A stretch of 64,000 nucleotides of DNA from Gemmatimonas sp. (lineage in GTDB: Bacteria; Gemmatimonadota; Gemmatimonadetes; Gemmatimonadales; Gemmatimonadaceae): the NCBI GenBank assembly GCA_040004335.1, contig JBDUBA010000490.1, positions 2,317 through 66,316 of the forward strand, in the 5' to 3' direction. Under the pieces are notes generated by a model, which saw only the letters and a list, made by a program, of their open reading frames with translations, was not told the origin of the DNA and made no database searches. Below are positions 9,512 to 19,378 of this stretch, piece after piece. The stretch's first letter is position 1. Every line of letters starts with the position of its first letter. The translations under genes were made by a program, and so were the position numbers.

Positions 9512-11671
9512 GTGAAGCATCGCGCATCGACGGCGTTGCTGGCTGTCACCGCTGTACTGACGGTGGTGGCCGCGATAGCCGGCGCGACTCAACTTGCGGC
9601 GCAAACTCGGCGTCCCACTGCCGTGCAGGACACCGCCTGGAACGATCCGAGCGCCGATTCCTTGATTCAACGCGCAATCATCCTACGCAGTTCGCAGCTA
9701 GCGGACAGTACGCTACTGAGTTATCACGCAACGGCGCACGGATTTCTGGCGTTTCTCGCACAGCTGGGTGAGGGTTATATCATTCCGCCCAAAGTTGTGC
9801 AGAGCGAAGAGCTGGCGCTCTCGCTGTCGTGGTGGCAACCGGGACGCAGTGCGCAACAGTTGATTGGCCGACGTGACACCACGTTGTTGCCGGCAGACGT
9901 GGGATATTATCGCGATCGCTACGCGGTCGTGCTGGATAACTTGCCCGATCGCATTCGGCTGGGTGATGGATACGATGTGGCCGACGTGCCGCATCCGCTC
10001 AGTGTTGATGCCGCGACGCGATACGAATACCGACGCGACGACGGATTTCACATTGGGCTGTCAGGCGGACGCCAGATTACCGTCGACAAGGTTGAGTTCC
10101 GTCCGCGCGATCAATCACAACCCAGCGCCGTTGGGTCGGTGTATCTGGACGCCGCTACTGGAGCGGTGGTGCGTTTGTCCATGACGTTTACGCGCGCCGC
10201 AATTCTCGACAAACGAATCGAGACTTTGGTGGTAACGCTCGAAAACAGTCTGGTGCGTGACCGTTACTGGTTGCCACACCGCCAGGAAGTGGAAGTGTCG
10301 CGTACCAGCACGTGGCTGGATATTCCGGCGCGCGGCATTGTGCGGGGACATTGGGATATTACCGGGTACGACGTGAACGAAAAAATCCCGTCAACAACGA
10401 TGGTGCTGCCGCGTTGGAGCTCGTTGTCGCGACAGGAACTGCATGCGTACAAATTTGAAGGCACGGTTGCCGATGTGTTGCCCCCCGAAATGCGCTTGGC
10501 CGGCGACGACGATGTGGCCCAGGCGCGCAAGATGGCAGAAAACGCCGTGCGTGCGTCGGCTCTCGCCCAACATCGCAACTCGTCTGCATACGGCCGCGGT
10601 ATTAGTGACCTCGCGCGTTTTTCTCGCACTGAAGGACTGGCCGCCGGTCTGGGAATTTCGCATCATTGGGGCGACGCGTTGCAATCCACCGTGCGTGCAC
10701 GCTACGGATTTTCAGATCACGAAGTAAAGGGGCGATTCACCATCGGTCGCGCGCCGGCTCTGGGTGGACCGCCAACCATGGAAGCGTTTGCGGAGCGAGA
10801 TTACCGCGACGTGGCGACTCCCGAGCGCAGCGGTATTTCCAATTCCATACTCGCACTGTTCGGCAGCGATTTCACCACACAAGTTGATATGCTGGCGGCG
10901 GGAATTCAGTATCGACCGTCGGCACTCAGCGCATTCACCTTACGCGTCGCGGCGGAACGTGACGAGCCACTGCGTGTTCGCGCGAAGCCGATTGCACGGT
11001 CATTTGCACCAACGTTGCCTGCGTGGAATTTGCAAGGTGTGCGTGCAGAATTGCGCGCGGGCGGTTCGCATATGTCGGACAACAACCCACTCACGCGTCG
11101 ATCGTGGTCAGTATCACTCGCGGCCGGTGCGTATCGCGGCGATTCATCGCATCGCGACTCGGTACACACCTTTCCGCGCGCGTGGAGCACGAAACCGTTG
11201 GTTGCGCGCCTGCTTGGCGACGTGACATGGGAACACGCCTTTCTGAACGAGCGTATGTTGGTGTTGCGCACCAATGGTGGTGCCGCGCTTGGAAAGGATC
11301 TCCCACCGCAATGGCAGGTTTTCGCCGGCGGGCCACTGAGTGCGCCTGGATATGCGTGGTCCAGCATCGCGGGGAAAGTGGTGCTGTCACAGCGAGTCGA
11401 ATTCCGCCAGCCGGTTCCCGGACCACCAATTCCGCTTGGCAAATATGGTCGCGCTCCTGGTCGCATTGTGCTGGCTCCGTACCTGCAAGCCACTGCGTTG
11501 GGCGGCGCTAACAAAACAATCGCATCCAACAAAGACGGCGTGTATCCCAGCGTTGGATTGGGCGCACTCATGTTTTTTGACCTGCTGCGAATTGATGTTG
11601 CCCGCGACCTTCGACATCGCCAGTGGAGTTTTGGTATCGATATCGACCGTGGTTTCTGGGGAGTGCTGTGA
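9512..11671 (+). CDS. probable outer-membrane beta-barrel protein of unknown function
   Basis: GTG 2 nt after the S41 stop; signal peptide; C-terminal amphipathic strands ending FDLLRIDVARD...WSFGIDIDRGFWGVL. Confidence 0.65.
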   Translation: MKHRASTALLAVTAVLTVVAAIAGATQLAAQTRRPTAVQDTAWNDPSADSLIQRAIILRSSQLADSTLLSYHATAHGFLAFLAQLGEGYIIPPKVVQSEELALSLSWWQPGRSAQQLIGRRDTTLLPADVGYYRDRYAVVLDNLPDRIRLGDGYDVADVPHPLSVDAATRYEYRRDDGFHIGLSGGRQITVDKVEFRPRDQSQPSAVGSVYLDAATGAVVRLSMTFTRAAILDKRIETLVVTLENSLVRDRYWLPHRQEVEVSRTSTWLDIPARGIVRGHWDITGYDVNEKIPSTTMVLPRWSSLSRQELHAYKFEGTVADVLPPEMRLAGDDDVAQARKMAENAVRASALAQHRNSSAYGRGISDLARFSRTEGLAAGLGISHHWGDALQSTVRARYGFSDHEVKGRFTIGRAPALGGPPTMEAFAERDYRDVATPERSGISNSILALFGSDFTTQVDMLAAGIQYRPSALSAFTLRVAAERDEPLRVRAKPIARSFAPTLPAWNLQGVRAELRAGGSHMSDNNPLTRRSWSVSLAAGAYRGDSSHRDSVHTFPRAWSTKPLVARLLGDVTWEHAFLNERMLVLRTNGGAALGKDLPPQWQVFAGGPLSAPGYAWSSIAGKVVLSQRVEFRQPVPGPPIPLGKYGRAPGRIVLAPYLQATALGGANKTIASNKDGVYPSVGLGALMFFDLLRIDVARDLRHRQWSFGIDIDRGFWGVL

Positions 11672-12372
11672 AGCAGGTAAAAACCACGCGCAATCCCAAT
11701 ACTGCAAGCTTGGTAAAAACCACGCGCAAATCCGTGACTGCAGATAGCGCAAAAACCGTGCGTAAATCCGTCACTGCAGGTGGTGAATACACTCGGGAAT
11801 ACTTTGAGAAGTGGTATCGCAATCCGCGCCATCGAGTGAAATCACCGGCCGAGCTTGCACGCCAGGTCGCGTTCGTCCTTCACACGGCCGAGTGGGTGTT
11901 GGGGCGCCGGGCGCGTAGCGTGCTCGACGTTGGTTGCGGCGAAGGGCAGTGGCGTGCGGCGCTTCGAACACATCGGCCGGGCATTCGCTACACGGGCATA
12001 GACCCAAGCACCTACGCGGTGGAGCGTTTTGGAAAACGCCGAAACATCAGCCTCGGATCGTTCGAGAACCTGGGGCAATTGTCACAGACGGGTCCGTTCG
12101 ATCTGGTGATTTGTTGCGGAATGCTGAATTACATCAACACAACATCACTGGCCGCGGGGCTGGTGCACGTAGCATCATTAACGCACGGTGTCGCATTTCT
12201 TGAGATCTTCACCGGCGCAGATGCAACCGAGGGGGACACCAGCTGGCCCAAACCGCAAAGTGCGGACTGGTATCGCTCCATTCTGCAGAACGCCGGCCTC
12301 ACGAGTGTGGGACTGCATTGCTACGTACCGAATGGGCGCCACGCCATCGCTGAACTCGAGCAGGCGTTCTAG
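11668..12372 (+). CDS. class I SAM-dependent methyltransferase
   Basis: GTGA overlap with the upstream stop; VLDVGCGEG motif I, YTGIDPS, FDLVICCGMLNY. Confidence 0.88.
   Translation: MKQVKTTRNPNTASLVKTTRKSVTADSAKTVRKSVTAGGEYTREYFEKWYRNPRHRVKSPAELARQVAFVLHTAEWVLGRRARSVLDVGCGEGQWRAALRTHRPGIRYTGIDPSTYAVERFGKRRNISLGSFENLGQLSQTGPFDLVICCGMLNYINTTSLAAGLVHVASLTHGVAFLEIFTGADATEGDTSWPKPQSADWYRSILQNAGLTSVGLHCYVPNGRHAIAELEQAF
11677..11784 (+). repeat. three imperfect 36-bp in-frame tandem repeats
   Basis: gtaaaaaccacgcgcaatcccaatactgcaagcttg / gtaaaaaccacgcgcaaatccgtgactgcagatagc / gcaaaaaccgtgcgtaaatccgtcactgcaggtggt. Confidence 0.85.
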
Positions 12373-12457
12373 GCACGAGCAAAACACGCAGTACCTGGCA
12401 CTCCAATCTTGGCCGCTCGGCTTCATCTGACGGGATTGAAAATTCGCAAACGTTTCG

Positions 12458-14605
12458 GTGCTATTCGTGAGCCCAACTTCATTTCCCACATCGCTAATCA
12501 TTGAAGCGTCGCGCGCGATTTCTCGCTACGCGGCCCATCAACGCGTGCTCGAAGCGATGGCCATTCGCCTGCCGCTCACTCAGGTACTGACGCGCCTCGC
12601 GCAGTCTATCGAAGACGCCGCGCCTGGCAGCTTGTGCGCGATCATGTTGCTCGACGAAACCGGCACGAAAGTACTGACCGGCGCGGCGCCGCATCTTCCG
12701 GACGAATACAACGAAGCCATCAACGGTGCGCTGGTTGGGCCTGTCGCTGGTTCCTGCGGCACGGCGATCTGGCGCAAGGAGCGCGTTGTTGTTTCCGACA
12801 TTGAGCACGATCCGCTCTGGGCCGAATTCAAAGGCCTCGCGTTCGCGCACAATCTGCGCGCATGTTGGTCGACCCCCATTATCTCCAGCGACGGATCGGT
12901 CCTCGGTAGTTTCGCGATTTATTACGAAACGTCGCGTTCGCCACAGGCAATTGAAATCGGCCTGGTAGATGATGCGGTCGATCTTGCATGTGTCGCGATC
13001 GGGCAGGAACGAGCCGAGTCGTCCGTGCGAGTCAGCGAGGCGCACTATCGCGCTGTTGTGGAGACCGCACCCAGTCCAATTGTCGGTCTCGATGCCAACG
13101 AAACCGTGACGGAATGGAATCAGGCGGCGGAGTCGATGTTTGGTCGTACCCGCGACGCAATGTTGGGACAACATTTCAGTCAGACGTGCCTGGGTGCCGA
13201 TGCGCGGGCAACGTTTGAGCGATGTTTCTGGCAGTCGCATAAACAGCTCCAGCAAACTGCGTGTGAAACCGAAATTCTGCGTCCGGACGGCACGAAACGA
13301 TGGGTGATGTGGAGCATGTCGCCCATCATCGCCAATGACAGCGGCGTTGATGGGTTGCTTGCCATAGCACAGGACATCACGGGACGCATGGAAGCGGAAG
13401 CCGCGCTGCGACGCAGCGAGCAACAGCTGCGTCATTCACAAAAAATGGAAGCGGTGGGCCGATTGGCGGGCGGAATTGCGCACGACTTCAACAATCTGCT
13501 CACCGTAATCCACGGCAACACTTCACTGGCGCTCGAAGATGCCCCAAAGGGCACACCTATACATACCGCGCTGGAAGAAGTGCGTGATGCGTCGGCCCGC
13601 GCCACATCGCTCACCCGACAATTACTCACGTTCAGCCGGCGTGAATCAGTCGAACTGCAGTTGCTCGATCTCAACGTGATTGTCGAAGATCTGCGGCGCA
13701 TGCTGGGCCGGTTGATCGGGGAACACATTCACCTCGAGACGGAATTGTCGGCGGCGCCGGTGGTCGTGCGGGCCGATCGCACCAATCTCGAGCAGCTGCT
13801 CATTAACCTGGTGGTAAACGCGCGCGATGCGATGAGTGACGGCGGCGTACTTAGTATTACGACCGGACGAGTTGTGTTGCACGACGACGCAGCGGCGGCG
13901 TGTGAACTCGCGCCGGGTACCTACGCCCGCCTGAGTGTTGCCGACACGGGCTTTGGGATGGACGAAGAAACGCGGGCGCGTGCGTTCGAGCCGTTCTTCA
14001 CCACCAAACCAGCGGGTGAAGGCACCGGGTTGGGACTCGCAACGGTGTACGCAATAGCGACTCGCCACGAGGGCGCCGTTGAACTCGATTCGCTGCCCGG
14101 TATTGGAACCACCGTAACCCTTTGGCTGCCCTCGGTCGCGGGCATCGCTGCATCGCCCGTTGTCTCAGGCGATCACCCGGTCGTGGGCGGAACCGGCACG
14201 GTTTTTATTGTTGAAGACGAAGAAGGCGTGCGGAATCTCGCGCGTCGCGTATTGGTGGCGCACGGGTATCGCGTGCTGGAGGCTTCCAACGGCGAAGAAG
14301 CGCTGCAAGTGTGGAAACAATTCGGTCGCGAAGTTGACGTACTGGTGACCGACGTGGTGATGCCCAAGATGGGCGGACAGGCGCTCGTGGATCGGCTGCG
14401 TTCCGATCGACCGGGCCTCGCGGTACTCTTCTGCTCCGGCTATGCTGATAACTTGTTGCTGCCCATGAAGGATGAAGACGTGCACACTGCATTTCTCGCA
14501 AAACCGTTTACGCTGAACGCGCTGGTCGAACGCGTCTCGCTTCTGTGCAATCCGTCCACCAGGCCGCCCAGTGGCGCGTATCCCTCTTCGCGTATTGAAT
14601 CGTGA
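12458..14605 (+). CDS. GAF-PAS hybrid sensor histidine kinase/response regulator (CckA-like architecture)
   Basis: GSCGTA and ACWSTPI (GAF), WNQAAE (PAS), GRLAGGIAHDFNNLLT H-box, NLVVNARDAM, DTGFGM, FFTTK/GTGLGL, C-terminal REC (IVEDE, TDVVMP, KPF). Start uncertain. Confidence 0.93.
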   Translation: MLFVSPTSFPTSLIIEASRAISRYAAHQRVLEAMAIRLPLTQVLTRLAQSIEDAAPGSLCAIMLLDETGTKVLTGAAPHLPDEYNEAINGALVGPVAGSCGTAIWRKERVVVSDIEHDPLWAEFKGLAFAHNLRACWSTPIISSDGSVLGSFAIYYETSRSPQAIEIGLVDDAVDLACVAIGQERAESSVRVSEAHYRAVVETAPSPIVGLDANETVTEWNQAAESMFGRTRDAMLGQHFSQTCLGADARATFERCFWQSHKQLQQTACETEILRPDGTKRWVMWSMSPIIANDSGVDGLLAIAQDITGRMEAEAALRRSEQQLRHSQKMEAVGRLAGGIAHDFNNLLTVIHGNTSLALEDAPKGTPIHTALEEVRDASARATSLTRQLLTFSRRESVELQLLDLNVIVEDLRRMLGRLIGEHIHLETELSAAPVVVRADRTNLEQLLINLVVNARDAMSDGGVLSITTGRVVLHDDAAAACELAPGTYARLSVADTGFGMDEETRARAFEPFFTTKPAGEGTGLGLATVYAIATRHEGAVELDSLPGIGTTVTLWLPSVAGIAASPVVSGDHPVVGGTGTVFIVEDEEGVRNLARRVLVAHGYRVLEASNGEEALQVWKQFGREVDVLVTDVVMPKMGGQALVDRLRSDRPGLAVLFCSGYADNLLLPMKDEDVHTAFLAKPFTLNALVERVSLLCNPSTRPPSGAYPSSRIES

Positions 14606-15501
14606 GCAGCGAGAATTTCGAATCAGCCACCAACGCCGGACAGTCGCTCAGTGCACAGACGGTCGAAGCCGCTTCCTGGAATGGTTATGTGAATCGCTTG
14701 GCGTCCACTGGCGCGCGCCATACGCCACCACCACCACTCCGCGCGATGGCCCAGGAACTCGCCGGCCGTGCGCTCGCGCTGTTGTTTACACAATTCGCAC
14801 GAGAAGTTCGCGTGAGCGCCCGGGATGTGCGGGCCGAGGCCGAAGCGTTGGAATCGTTGTTACGTGAAGCGCTAGGTTTTGTGGTGCCGTTGGAACGGGT
14901 GAGCACTGTTGCGATCGAGTTTCTGAATCAGCTGCCGCACGTGCATGACGCGCTCGAGGACGACGCCATGGCCATTCTGTCGGGCGACCCGGCCGCAGCC
15001 AGTCGCGAAGAGGTTATCCAGGCGTATCCGGGCTTTCTCGCCACGGCGGTTCATCGCCTGGCGCACGAGCTGTACACGCGCGATGTACCCGTACTGCCAC
15101 GCTTGCTGAGCGAGTGGTCACATCGCGAAACAGGTATCGACATTCATCCCGGCGCGACCATTGGGCGATCGTTCGCCGTCGATCACGGAACGGGCGTGGT
15201 TATTGGCGAGTCCTCCGTCATCGGAACTGGCGTTCGCATCTACCAAGGCGTCACACTCGGCGCGTTGGCCGTGAGCAAACGGCTCGCGAACAAGAAACGT
15301 CACCCAACCATTGGCAATGACGTGGTGATCTACGCCAACGCGACAATTCTGGGCGGGCAAACGGAAATTGGCGATGGCAGCATCATTGGCGGCAACGTGT
15401 GGCTCACGCACTCCGTTCCGGCGCGCTCGATCGTGCAGTTCAGCAGTCGTATCGAGCAACGCAGCGCCGATACGGACGATGGAATGGAGTTTCACATTTA
15501 G
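14602..15501 (+). CDS. cysE: serine O-acetyltransferase (CysE/EpsC type)
   Basis: GDPAA, YPG, HRLAH, TGIDIHPGATIG, DHGTGVVIGE, YQGVTLG, KRHPTIG hexapeptide repeats. Confidence 0.93.
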   Translation: MSSENFESATNAGQSLSAQTVEAASWNGYVNRLASTGARHTPPPPLRAMAQELAGRALALLFTQFAREVRVSARDVRAEAEALESLLREALGFVVPLERVSTVAIEFLNQLPHVHDALEDDAMAILSGDPAAASREEVIQAYPGFLATAVHRLAHELYTRDVPVLPRLLSEWSHRETGIDIHPGATIGRSFAVDHGTGVVIGESSVIGTGVRIYQGVTLGALAVSKRLANKKRHPTIGNDVVIYANATILGGQTEIGDGSIIGGNVWLTHSVPARSIVQFSSRIEQRSADTDDGMEFHI

Positions 15502-15598
15502 AACTTGGGGCACGCGGGTGAAATCTTTCGCGGATAGTTTGATCCGGTGTCGTGAAATTTTCGAAGGGGTGTTCTCTCAAGGTCAAGAGCGGTGGACG

Positions 15599-18373
15599 CT
15601 ATTTCTGGTCGACTACCCAGAAGTCGCTCACGCTATTTCTGTCGTAGCAGGCCGCTTCCTTGCCGCCCCGAACAGTGCTCAGGTGCATGACGCACGCGGT
15701 AGGAAGCTTTCCGAGTGATCGAACATTGCCGCCGCCGGCGCTTATGCCCCACATTTCCTGCGCGCTCAGTCCTGCGCCGGGCGTGCTCTTCATCTCGACG
15801 TACACGATTTGCCCGTCCTCGCTCCACAAGAAGGGAATAATGAGATCGTCATCGTGCGAGCGAACGAGTTCGCGCTTGCTGCCACCATCAATGGGATAAA
15901 TGACAAGCGACTTCCCTCCAACAGCAAGTGCTTTGCCATCGGGGCTCACTGCAACACCTTCTCTGGACCAAGACTTAATCTGCTCAGGGTCTTTGCCAAC
16001 GACAATTCGACCGGTGTCACCCTGAGTGATTGAAAAGCTGCGCACAATCCCGTTTTCAAATTCGGTCACATACAGTGAGCGTCCATCTGGACTCCACGCA
16101 GGTGGGCCCCCCGCCCAGCCGTAGCTGCGGGCGCTCAATGTATTTCCGAGCGAAATCGCTGTACCGTCGCGGATGTCCACCACTACCCATCGTTGCTTTT
16201 CGCCAGCGGATCCAGCGCGTAGGGCGACGCGATTCCCATCGGGTGCCCATTTCGGCGCCTCCAAATTACCGGGGTAAGAAAAAACTTGCTTCCGCGTAGC
16301 GCCAGAGATGCTCTGCACAAACAGAACTGATAGACGAAGGGCATTTCGTTGTTCGACGCGCGCCAACAGTAGCCCGTCCGGCGACAACGCGATTGCCCAA
16401 CTCGCATCGTCGCCAGCTTGATCGATCATTTTTGCACCGATGCCGTTTCCAATTGGAACCGGAAATCGCCACGTCCGAAGCAGGCGCTGGCTGACCACGA
16501 AGCCCAAGCGACCTCCCCTCGACTCGCCTGATACGTTCTCGGCCAGACCTGATTGAACGATTCGCAAGGGCCGCTCTGGGTGGTCGAGATCCAGACGAGA
16601 CAAGCCCGTTTTTGGTGTATTTTTGAAGTGCAAATACCGGGCATCGTTCGATAGGTACGGTGTCCGCGATAACAAGGCGTACCCTCGCGCCGAATCGCCT
16701 TTGGAAACAGACAGCAGCTTCTCGCGTGCGCCGTCTATGCGCACAGCATCCAGTTCTTTGGTGCCGTCAATTACCTGCGTAGCAATCACTAACCGTGATC
16801 GCAGGCTTCCCGTGATCCACAACAAGCGTTCGCCCAGTTTTCTCTGCACCACTACACTGTCTTTCCATCCCGACTCCGAAGCTCTCCGGAGTACGAATGT
16901 CGAACTGTCAGCAGACGGTATCGAGACGTGATAGATCAAGCCGTCGGCAGACACTTGCCAGTCTCCATCTGGACGCCGAGACCAGTCAAGCGATTGGATC
17001 ATTCCGTTGGATAGCTGAATGGTGCGCAATGGCCCTCGCCGTTCGAGGACGGCCCCCGTGCTGTCGTTCCACCACACCAGAATTCCGGGCGCCGAATCCG
17101 ACAACAACCTCGCGGCTCCGCTGTCAATACCCTGCACCCACACAGCATTGGCATCGGCGCGGCGAAAAATAAGAGATTTTCCATCGGGAGACATGCTCGC
17201 CGATCTCAGGTCGGACAGCATAGTGACCCGGCGTGGTGGCGCGAGCGACGGCGCAGATTTGTTCGAAGATACGAGCCACCCGACCACAGCCGTCGTGGCA
17301 AGTGCTGCACCCAGTGCGACTCGGCGATACAATCGCGCGTTTCCCTGCACCGATTTCGCGGCATCGAGCGTGGGTACAGTTTCAAGATGTTCCAACAGCG
17401 CTTCCGCCGTCGCCCACCGTTCATCCGGTGACTTGGCGAGACACGTCATAACCGTACTTGCCAACGCGAGCGGCACATCCGAGCGCACTTCTTCAATGTG
17501 TTGGGGCGCTGCCGTCAAATGCTGCACAAAGAGCTGCTGCATGGTTGTGCCACTGAATACCGGACGCCCGGCGAGCATTTCCCACGCCATGACACCAACG
17601 CTGTAGATGTCAGCGCGATGGTCAATCTGGCCAGCACCCTCTATCTGCTCGGGGGCCATATAACCGGGGCTGCCGATAGCCATGCCCACAGTCGTCATCG
17701 CGTGCGGGCTCGTGACGGAAACCGCCATCGCTTTCGCAATGCCGAAATCCGCGACCCACGTTTGACGACCCGCGAGCAGAATGTTGTCCGGCTTGATGTC
17801 GCGGTGCACCGCACCCTTGCTGTGCGCGTATGCCAGGGCTTCGATCACCGCGCGCAGAATACGCACGACTTCGTCAATTCGCATCGGCCCTACGCGCATC
17901 ATTCGCGCTCGGAGCGTTTCACCTTCGACAAACGGCATCACGTAATACAACACACCACCCGATTCTCCCGAGTCAAGCAACGGGAGAATGTTTGGGTGCA
18001 GCATGTTCGCAGTAAGCCGAATCTCCGCCAGGAAGCGTTCTGCCCCGAATCCAGCCGCGGTATCTGGTGGAATGACTTTAACGGCAACGTCACGGCCGTG
18101 CCGCTGATCGCGCGCGCGATAAACGGTGGCCATGCCACCGCGGCCAACTTCATCGCCGAGGGTGTACTTACCCGCGAGAGCCTGTACCAGTTGCGAGCGT
18201 TGATATTCAGCCGCGTTGTGCGAACGTGCGGCATTCATCAAACGCTCAACTTCGTCCGCGACGTCCGGCGTCTCCCTGCGCAACTTTTGCATCCAGGCGC
18301 CTTTTTCATCGTCTGAAAAGTCGCGCGTGGAATTGATCAGCTGTTGCAGATCGGACCGAGCATCAGCTCCCAC
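15599..18373 (-). CDS. Hanks-type Ser/Thr protein kinase with TM helix and TolB/PD40-like beta-propeller
   Basis: GRGGMATVY, VAVK, HRDIKPDN, DFGIAK, GSPGYMAPEQ, ADIYSVG; one TM helix; repeated SPDG motifs. Confidence 0.93.
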   Translation of the reverse strand: MGADARSDLQQLINSTRDFSDDEKGAWMQKLRRETPDVADEVERLMNAARSHNAAEYQRSQLVQALAGKYTLGDEVGRGGMATVYRARDQRHGRDVAVKVIPPDTAAGFGAERFLAEIRLTANMLHPNILPLLDSGESGGVLYYVMPFVEGETLRARMMRVGPMRIDEVVRILRAVIEALAYAHSKGAVHRDIKPDNILLAGRQTWVADFGIAKAMAVSVTSPHAMTTVGMAIGSPGYMAPEQIEGAGQIDHRADIYSVGVMAWEMLAGRPVFSGTTMQQLFVQHLTAAPQHIEEVRSDVPLALASTVMTCLAKSPDERWATAEALLEHLETVPTLDAAKSVQGNARLYRRVALGAALATTAVVGWLVSSNKSAPSLAPPRRVTMLSDLRSASMSPDGKSLIFRRADANAVWVQGIDSGAARLLSDSAPGILVWWNDSTGAVLERRGPLRTIQLSNGMIQSLDWSRRPDGDWQVSADGLIYHVSIPSADSSTFVLRRASESGWKDSVVVQRKLGERLLWITGSLRSRLVIATQVIDGTKELDAVRIDGAREKLLSVSKGDSARGYALLSRTPYLSNDARYLHFKNTPKTGLSRLDLDHPERPLRIVQSGLAENVSGESRGGRLGFVVSQRLLRTWRFPVPIGNGIGAKMIDQAGDDASWAIALSPDGLLLARVEQRNALRLSVLFVQSISGATRKQVFSYPGNLEAPKWAPDGNRVALRAGSAGEKQRWVVVDIRDGTAISLGNTLSARSYGWAGGPPAWSPDGRSLYVTEFENGIVRSFSITQGDTGRIVVGKDPEQIKSWSREGVAVSPDGKALAVGGKSLVIYPIDGGSKRELVRSHDDDLIIPFLWSEDGQIVYVEMKSTPGAGLSAQEMWGISAGGGNVRSLGKLPTACVMHLSTVRGGKEAACYDRNSVSDFWVVDQK

Positions 18374-18614
18374 GTTGGCTCCGTTTGTTGGATTCCGCTT
18401 CGGTCCCGTTCAGCATGGGTTGACCGCCAGCATACGAGCTTCGTCTCTCGTACGCAATGTCGCACAGATTCGCACGCGTAGTTCGGGTACGGCCGCAGAC
18501 GGTCGCCCTAATCATTTTGCCAGGTATGACACCGGTATCGCGTGCACTGGTGCAGAAACTCCAGTCCAGCAGGCGACCCGCATGTCTGGGCTGCGATGTC
18601 GCGCGGGCGCCCGA

Positions 18615-18643
18615 TTGTGCATTGTGTATTACCGCGGTAAGAT
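18615..18643 (+). promoter_or_regulatory. sigma-70-like promoter with palindromic operator for vapBC (likely leaderless)
   Basis: TTGTGC-N17-TAAGAT. The perfect palindrome TTACCGCGGTAA (18629-18640) overlaps the -10. ATG follows 6 nt after the -10 with no RBS. Confidence 0.6.
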
Positions 18644-18649
18644 AAAACT

Positions 18650-18916
18650 ATGACTCCGCCACGCTCCAAACTCACGTCCCAGGGCCAAGTCTCCATCCCC
18701 GCCGAAATCCGCCGCAAGCTCGGCCTCGACCCGGGCGCCGTGGTTGAATGGGATGAAGATGAGGACGGCCGCGTCAGCCTCCGCCGAGCCGGGCGCTTCA
18801 CCTCCGAAGACATGCATCAGGCGCTGTTCCCACAGCGACCCGTCAAAGCCACAACAGTCGCAGCGATGGATGAAGGTATGCGCCAGCACATTCAATCACG
18901 TCGTGCGCGCCGCTGA
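18650..18916 (+). CDS. vapB: AbrB/MazE-fold antitoxin (VapB-like)
   Basis: SKLTSQGQVSIPAEIRRKLGLDPG AbrB motif, overlapping a PIN gene. Confidence 0.88.
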   Translation: MTPPRSKLTSQGQVSIPAEIRRKLGLDPGAVVEWDEDEDGRVSLRRAGRFTSEDMHQALFPQRPVKATTVAAMDEGMRQHIQSRRARR

Positions 18917-19283
18917 CACGAACGTACTGGTGCGCCTCATCGCGCGCGACGACCCCAAACAGGTCGCCGCCGCGGAGCGCTTTGTCGCGCCCGGTGCATG
19001 GATTTCCCATCTGGTGCTGGCCGAGACCACCTGGGTGCTCGAGAGTGTGTTCGAACTCGGTCGCACTGAAATCGCAACGGCGGTCGAAATGTTACTTGAT
19101 CACGACCGTCTCACGATTCAAGACGCCGACGTAGTCCGATCAGCTGTCGAACAATTGCGCAGGAAACCCTCGGTGGGCTTCTCGGATTGCCTGATACTCT
19201 GCGTGGCACGCAAAGCAGGGCACCTGCCGCTCGGCACATTCGATCGCCAACTCGGCAGCCTGGCAGACGCAGAACGGCTCTAG
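18903..19283 (+). CDS. vapC: PIN-domain toxin (VapC-like)
   Basis: GTG start; [31 protein letters not shown] acidic PIN residues. Confidence 0.9.
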   Translation: MRAADTNVLVRLIARDDPKQVAAAERFVAPGAWISHLVLAETTWVLESVFELGRTEIATAVEMLLDHDRLTIQDADVVRSAVEQLRRKPSVGFSDCLILCVARKAGHLPLGTFDRQLGSLADAERL

Positions 19284-19378
19284 CTCGCTCGCCGCCCGCT
19301 AATGCAATCGAGCTTCCTTTTGTAAGACGCACATCTAGCGGTCATCCACTCCTAACCTCTCCGCCTGCCACCCTAGCT

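Noticed and set aside
11677-11784. CRISPR-length (36-bp) repeats
   Set aside because: No spacers, and they lie in frame within a CDS.
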